From Naegleria gruberi (lineage: Eukaryota), in the NCBI GenBank assembly GCA_000004985.1, contig GG738849.1: a DNA stretch of 64,000 nt. One strand, given 5' to 3'. Position numbers and translations under genes: made by a program. This document shows, piece by piece, positions 58,845 to 64,000 of the stretch (its first letter is position 1; each line of letters begins with the position of its first letter). The notes beneath the pieces are model-generated. The model was given only the letters and a program-made list of their open reading frames with translations. It ran no database searches and was not told where the DNA came from.

Positions 58845-58850
58845 TTTTTC
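58839..58850 (-). promoter_or_regulatory. Translation initiation context gAAAAA-ATG-TCT
   Basis: The plus strand reads acattttttc at 58841..58850. The coding strand therefore has five consecutive A immediately 5' of ATG, with TCT (Ser) as the second codon. This matches the A-rich -1..-5 context with preferred +4..+6 UCU described for Saccharomyces cerevisiae. The inference rests on that consensus, not on any tool. Confidence 0.5.
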
Positions 58851-59262
58851 TTGGAGAGTTTTTGGAAAGGCGCCACATTACAATTCAATAAACAAATAAA
58901 TTGGTTGTGAATATTGGAATATTGATAAATGTAGGCAAGAAAGACTGTAATGAAGGGAACATTTGAGGTAATAATCAGCAATAGAGTCATGACGATGAGA
59001 GAGTGAATTTATTGTTGATCGACTTGGTCATAGAGAAGAGAGTGAATGAGGGAAGGAATGGAAGTTTTTGATTCTTGAGCTTGGAGGGAAAGGAGATTGG
59101 CCAGCTCTGGATCTTTTTGGAGGTGAGTGAACATGCTGGTGGCTCTAATGTTTTCCAATTGAATGTTGTAATAGATGTGGATGTATTCAGTGTTGAAAGA
59201 GGAGAGGATGAGGACCAGTTCATTATTGTGTCGGGGAGTGAGCGAAAATTTTCCACAATAAC
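58845..59262 (-). promoter_or_regulatory. 5' flank / putative promoter and 5' leader of the minus-strand gene, truncated upstream by the second gap
   Basis: No ORF longer than ~30 codons on the plus strand. The coding-strand ORFs here are low-complexity artefacts. Strand asymmetry is marked: the plus strand is G/A-rich and the gene's strand is CT-rich, for example cctcatcctctcctctttc. The region contains CGATGAG (58993..58999), GATGAG (59207..59212), GAAAATTTTC (59247..59256) and 2 x GAGAGTGAAT (58999..59008, 59038..59047). No canonical TATAAA on the gene's strand. Confidence 0.4.
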
Positions 59263-62200
59263 NNNNNNNNNNNNNNNNNNNNNNNNNNNNNNNNNNNNNN
59301 NNNNNNNNNNNNNNNNNNNNNNNNNNNNNNNNNNNNNNNNNNNNNNNNNNNNNNNNNNNNNNNNNNNNNNNNNNNNNNNNNNNNNNNNNNNNNNNNNNNN
59401 NNNNNNNNNNNNNNNNNNNNNNNNNNNNNNNNNNNNNNNNNNNNNNNNNNNNNNNNNNNNNNNNNNNNNNNNNNNNNNNNNNNNNNNNNNNNNNNNNNNN
59501 NNNNNNNNNNNNNNNNNNNNNNNNNNNNNNNNNNNNNNNNNNNNNNNNNNNNNNNNNNNNNNNNNNNNNNNNNNNNNNNNNNNNNNNNNNNNNNNNNNNN
59601 NNNNNNNNNNNNNNNNNNNNNNNNNNNNNNNNNNNNNNNNNNNNNNNNNNNNNNNNNNNNNNNNNNNNNNNNNNNNNNNNNNNNNNNNNNNNNNNNNNNN
59701 NNNNNNNNNNNNNNNNNNNNNNNNNNNNNNNNNNNNNNNNNNNNNNNNNNNNNNNNNNNNNNNNNNNNNNNNNNNNNNNNNNNNNNNNNNNNNNNNNNNN
59801 NNNNNNNNNNNNNNNNNNNNNNNNNNNNNNNNNNNNNNNNNNNNNNNNNNNNNNNNNNNNNNNNNNNNNNNNNNNNNNNNNNNNNNNNNNNNNNNNNNNN
59901 NNNNNNNNNNNNNNNNNNNNNNNNNNNNNNNNNNNNNNNNNNNNNNNNNNNNNNNNNNNNNNNNNNNNNNNNNNNNNNNNNNNNNNNNNNNNNNNNNNNN
60001 NNNNNNNNNNNNNNNNNNNNNNNNNNNNNNNNNNNNNNNNNNNNNNNNNNNNNNNNNNNNNNNNNNNNNNNNNNNNNNNNNNNNNNNNNNNNNNNNNNNN
60101 NNNNNNNNNNNNNNNNNNNNNNNNNNNNNNNNNNNNNNNNNNNNNNNNNNNNNNNNNNNNNNNNNNNNNNNNNNNNNNNNNNNNNNNNNNNNNNNNNNNN
60201 NNNNNNNNNNNNNNNNNNNNNNNNNNNNNNNNNNNNNNNNNNNNNNNNNNNNNNNNNNNNNNNNNNNNNNNNNNNNNNNNNNNNNNNNNNNNNNNNNNNN
60301 NNNNNNNNNNNNNNNNNNNNNNNNNNNNNNNNNNNNNNNNNNNNNNNNNNNNNNNNNNNNNNNNNNNNNNNNNNNNNNNNNNNNNNNNNNNNNNNNNNNN
60401 NNNNNNNNNNNNNNNNNNNNNNNNNNNNNNNNNNNNNNNNNNNNNNNNNNNNNNNNNNNNNNNNNNNNNNNNNNNNNNNNNNNNNNNNNNNNNNNNNNNN
60501 NNNNNNNNNNNNNNNNNNNNNNNNNNNNNNNNNNNNNNNNNNNNNNNNNNNNNNNNNNNNNNNNNNNNNNNNNNNNNNNNNNNNNNNNNNNNNNNNNNNN
60601 NNNNNNNNNNNNNNNNNNNNNNNNNNNNNNNNNNNNNNNNNNNNNNNNNNNNNNNNNNNNNNNNNNNNNNNNNNNNNNNNNNNNNNNNNNNNNNNNNNNN
60701 NNNNNNNNNNNNNNNNNNNNNNNNNNNNNNNNNNNNNNNNNNNNNNNNNNNNNNNNNNNNNNNNNNNNNNNNNNNNNNNNNNNNNNNNNNNNNNNNNNNN
60801 NNNNNNNNNNNNNNNNNNNNNNNNNNNNNNNNNNNNNNNNNNNNNNNNNNNNNNNNNNNNNNNNNNNNNNNNNNNNNNNNNNNNNNNNNNNNNNNNNNNN
60901 NNNNNNNNNNNNNNNNNNNNNNNNNNNNNNNNNNNNNNNNNNNNNNNNNNNNNNNNNNNNNNNNNNNNNNNNNNNNNNNNNNNNNNNNNNNNNNNNNNNN
61001 NNNNNNNNNNNNNNNNNNNNNNNNNNNNNNNNNNNNNNNNNNNNNNNNNNNNNNNNNNNNNNNNNNNNNNNNNNNNNNNNNNNNNNNNNNNNNNNNNNNN
61101 NNNNNNNNNNNNNNNNNNNNNNNNNNNNNNNNNNNNNNNNNNNNNNNNNNNNNNNNNNNNNNNNNNNNNNNNNNNNNNNNNNNNNNNNNNNNNNNNNNNN
61201 NNNNNNNNNNNNNNNNNNNNNNNNNNNNNNNNNNNNNNNNNNNNNNNNNNNNNNNNNNNNNNNNNNNNNNNNNNNNNNNNNNNNNNNNNNNNNNNNNNNN
61301 NNNNNNNNNNNNNNNNNNNNNNNNNNNNNNNNNNNNNNNNNNNNNNNNNNNNNNNNNNNNNNNNNNNNNNNNNNNNNNNNNNNNNNNNNNNNNNNNNNNN
61401 NNNNNNNNNNNNNNNNNNNNNNNNNNNNNNNNNNNNNNNNNNNNNNNNNNNNNNNNNNNNNNNNNNNNNNNNNNNNNNNNNNNNNNNNNNNNNNNNNNNN
61501 NNNNNNNNNNNNNNNNNNNNNNNNNNNNNNNNNNNNNNNNNNNNNNNNNNNNNNNNNNNNNNNNNNNNNNNNNNNNNNNNNNNNNNNNNNNNNNNNNNNN
61601 NNNNNNNNNNNNNNNNNNNNNNNNNNNNNNNNNNNNNNNNNNNNNNNNNNNNNNNNNNNNNNNNNNNNNNNNNNNNNNNNNNNNNNNNNNNNNNNNNNNN
61701 NNNNNNNNNNNNNNNNNNNNNNNNNNNNNNNNNNNNNNNNNNNNNNNNNNNNNNNNNNNNNNNNNNNNNNNNNNNNNNNNNNNNNNNNNNNNNNNNNNNN
61801 NNNNNNNNNNNNNNNNNNNNNNNNNNNNNNNNNNNNNNNNNNNNNNNNNNNNNNNNNNNNNNNNNNNNNNNNNNNNNNNNNNNNNNNNNNNNNNNNNNNN
61901 NNNNNNNNNNNNNNNNNNNNNNNNNNNNNNNNNNNNNNNNNNNNNNNNNNNNNNNNNNNNNNNNNNNNNNNNNNNNNNNNNNNNNNNNNNNNNNNNNNNN
62001 NNNNNNNNNNNNNNNNNNNNNNNNNNNNNNNNNNNNNNNNNNNNNNNNNNNNNNNNNNNNNNNNNNNNNNNNNNNNNNNNNNNNNNNNNNNNNNNNNNNN
62101 NNNNNNNNNNNNNNNNNNNNNNNNNNNNNNNNNNNNNNNNNNNNNNNNNNNNNNNNNNNNNNNNNNNNNNNNNNNNNNNNNNNNNNNNNNNNNNNNNNNN

Positions 62201-64000
62201 NNNNNNNNNNNNNNNNNNNNNNNNNNNNNNNNNNNNNNNNNNNNNNNNNNNNNNNNNNNNNNNNNNNNNNNNNNNNNNNNNNNNNNNNNNNNNNNNNNNN
62301 NNNNNNNNNNNNNNNNNNNNNNNNNNNNNNNNNNNNNNNNNNNNNNNNNNNNNNNNNNNNNNNNNNNNNNNNNNNNNNNNNNNNNNNNNNNNNNNNNNNN
62401 NNNNNNNNNNNNNNNNNNNNNNNNNNNNNNNNNNNNNNNNNNNNNNNNNNNNNNNNNNNNNNNNNNNNNNNNNNNNNNNNNNNNNNNNNNNNNNNNNNNN
62501 NNNNNNNNNNNNNNNNNNNNNNNNNNNNNNNNNNNNNNNNNNNNNNNNNNNNNNNNNNNNNNNNNNNNNNNNNNNNNNNNNNNNNNNNNNNNNNNNNNNN
62601 NNNNNNNNNNNNNNNNNNNNNNNNNNNNNNNNNNNNNNNNNNNNNNNNNNNNNNNNNNNNNNNNNNNNNNNNNNNNNNNNNNNNNNNNNNNNNNNNNNNN
62701 NNNNNNNNNNNNNNNNNNNNNNNNNNNNNNNNNNNNNNNNNNNNNNNNNNNNNNNNNNNNNNNNNNNNNNNNNNNNNNNNNNNNNNNNNNNNNNNNNNNN
62801 NNNNNNNNNNNNNNNNNNNNNNNNNNNNNNNNNNNNNNNNNNNNNNNNNNNNNNNNNNNNNNNNNNNNNNNNNNNNNNNNNNNNNNNNNNNNNNNNNNNN
62901 NNNNNNNNNNNNNNNNNNNNNNNNNNNNNNNNNNNNNNNNNNNNNNNNNNNNNNNNNNNNNNNNNNNNNNNNNNNNNNNNNNNNNNNNNNNNNNNNNNNN
63001 NNNNNNNNNNNNNNNNNNNNNNNNNNNNNNNNNNNNNNNNNNNNNNNNNNNNNNNNNNNNNNNNNNNNNNNNNNNNNNNNNNNNNNNNNNNNNNNNNNNN
63101 NNNNNNNNNNNNNNNNNNNNNNNNNNNNNNNNNNNNNNNNNNNNNNNNNNNNNNNNNNNNNNNNNNNNNNNNNNNNNNNNNNNNNNNNNNNNNNNNNNNN
63201 NNNNNNNNNNNNNNNNNNNNNNNNNNNNNNNNNNNNNNNNNNNNNNNNNNNNNNNNNNNNNNNNNNNNNNNNNNNNNNNNNNNNNNNNNNNNNNNNNNNN
63301 NNNNNNNNNNNNNNNNNNNNNNNNNNNNNNNNNNNNNNNNNNNNNNNNNNNNNNNNNNNNNNNNNNNNNNNNNNNNNNNNNNNNNNNNNNNNNNNNNNNN
63401 NNNNNNNNNNNNNNNNNNNNNNNNNNNNNNNNNNNNNNNNNNNNNNNNNNNNNNNNNNNNNNNNNNNNNNNNNNNNNNNNNNNNNNNNNNNNNNNNNNNN
63501 NNNNNNNNNNNNNNNNNNNNNNNNNNNNNNNNNNNNNNNNNNNNNNNNNNNNNNNNNNNNNNNNNNNNNNNNNNNNNNNNNNNNNNNNNNNNNNNNNNNN
63601 NNNNNNNNNNNNNNNNNNNNNNNNNNNNNNNNNNNNNNNNNNNNNNNNNNNNNNNNNNNNNNNNNNNNNNNNNNNNNNNNNNNNNNNNNNNNNNNNNNNN
63701 NNNNNNNNNNNNNNNNNNNNNNNNNNNNNNNNNNNNNNNNNNNNNNNNNNNNNNNNNNNNNNNNNNNNNNNNNNNNNNNNNNNNNNNNNNNNNNNNNNNN
63801 NNNNNNNNNNNNNNNNNNNNNNNNNNNNNNNNNNNNNNNNNNNNNNNNNNNNNNNNNNNNNNNNNNNNNNNNNNNNNNNNNNNNNNNNNNNNNNNNNNNN
63901 NNNNNNNNNNNNNNNNNNNNNNNNNNNNNNNNNNNNNNNNNNNNNNNNNNNNNNNNNNNNNNNNNNNNNNNNNNNNNNNNNNNNNNNNNNNNNNNNNNNN
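59263..64000. other. Assembly gap / masked run: 4,738 consecutive N
   Basis: Direct reading. The last determined bases are 'ac' at 59261..59262, and everything after is 'n'. Confidence 1.

Noticed and set aside
58880-58935. TATA box / GATA site in the proximal promoter
   Set aside because: There is no canonical TATAAA on the gene's strand within ~200 bp of the ATG, only A/T-rich runs (aatttatttgtttattg, catttatcaatatt). A single GATAA on the plus strand (58924..58928) is a 5-mer expected by chance in AT-rich DNA, so it was not called.
58790-58990. 66-aa minus-strand ORF from the supplied track (MTLLLIITSNVPFITV...)
   Set aside because: It begins in the 5' flank and runs, out of frame, across the start of the 297-codon ORF. 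It has no sensible start context and produces hydrophobic low-complexity junk. The long in-frame ORF with coherent codon usage explains this DNA far better.
58987-59256. 89-aa minus-strand ORF from the supplied track (MENFRSLPDTIMNWSSSSPLSTLNTSTS...)
   Set aside because: This is a Ser/Thr/Leu/Pro-rich translation of the CT-rich strand of the upstream region, which is a compositional artefact. It terminates ~140 nt upstream of the real ATG, in a different frame relationship. There is no splice-site pair to join it to the main ORF. It is kept only as a remote possibility of an upstream exon or uORF.
57952-59262. Prokaryotic interpretation (operon, CRISPR, mobile element, defence system)
   Set aside because: There is no Shine-Dalgarno-like purine run before the ATG. 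The coding tracts are polyQ/polyT/polyN, and the start context and codon usage are yeast-like. No repeats resemble a CRISPR array, IS terminal inverted repeats or an integrase. With only 1.3 kb visible there is no gene neighbourhood to evaluate.
58845-59262. Plus-strand gene in the upstream region (divergent neighbour)
   Set aside because: All plus-strand ATG-initiated frames here terminate within ~30 codons (for example ATGACGATGAGAGAGTGA, and ATGTGGATGTATTCAGTG...CAATAA ending at the gap edge). Any divergent gene would have to lie entirely within the N-run and cannot be assessed.

Overview
Only 1,311 bp of this 64,000-position window are real sequence (57952..59262). Positions 1..57951 (57,951 N) and 59263..64000 (4,738 N) are undetermined, so no multi-gene system can be assessed here. 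The island is AT-rich (roughly one-third GC by eye) and reads as a eukaryotic, most plausibly budding-yeast-type (Saccharomycotina) locus. That rests on AGA/TTG/CAA/AAT codon preference, Gln/Thr/Asn homopolymer coding tracts, an AAAAA-ATG-TCT start context, and the absence of any Shine-Dalgarno-like sequence. One gene is supportable: a minus-strand ORF starting at ATG 58844..58842, with an in-frame TAA about 30 nt upstream. It runs 297 codons without a stop to the gap edge at 57952, so the 3' end is lost in the N-run. It encodes a ~60-aa Q/T/N/S-rich low-complexity N-terminus followed by at least three predicted transmembrane helices. I do not recognise the family. Upstream of it (plus 58845..59262) lies an ORF-poor, strand-asymmetric flank: purine-rich on plus, CT-rich on the gene's strand. 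It contains a CGATGAG (PAC-like) heptamer, a second GATGAG, a GAAAATTTTC (RRPE-like) element and a duplicated GAGAGTGAAT decamer. I saw no rRNA, tRNA, CRISPR array, mobile element or prokaryotic operon structure. The two ORFs in the supplied track are judged spurious. The long ORF is missing from that track, presumably because it runs into Ns without a stop.
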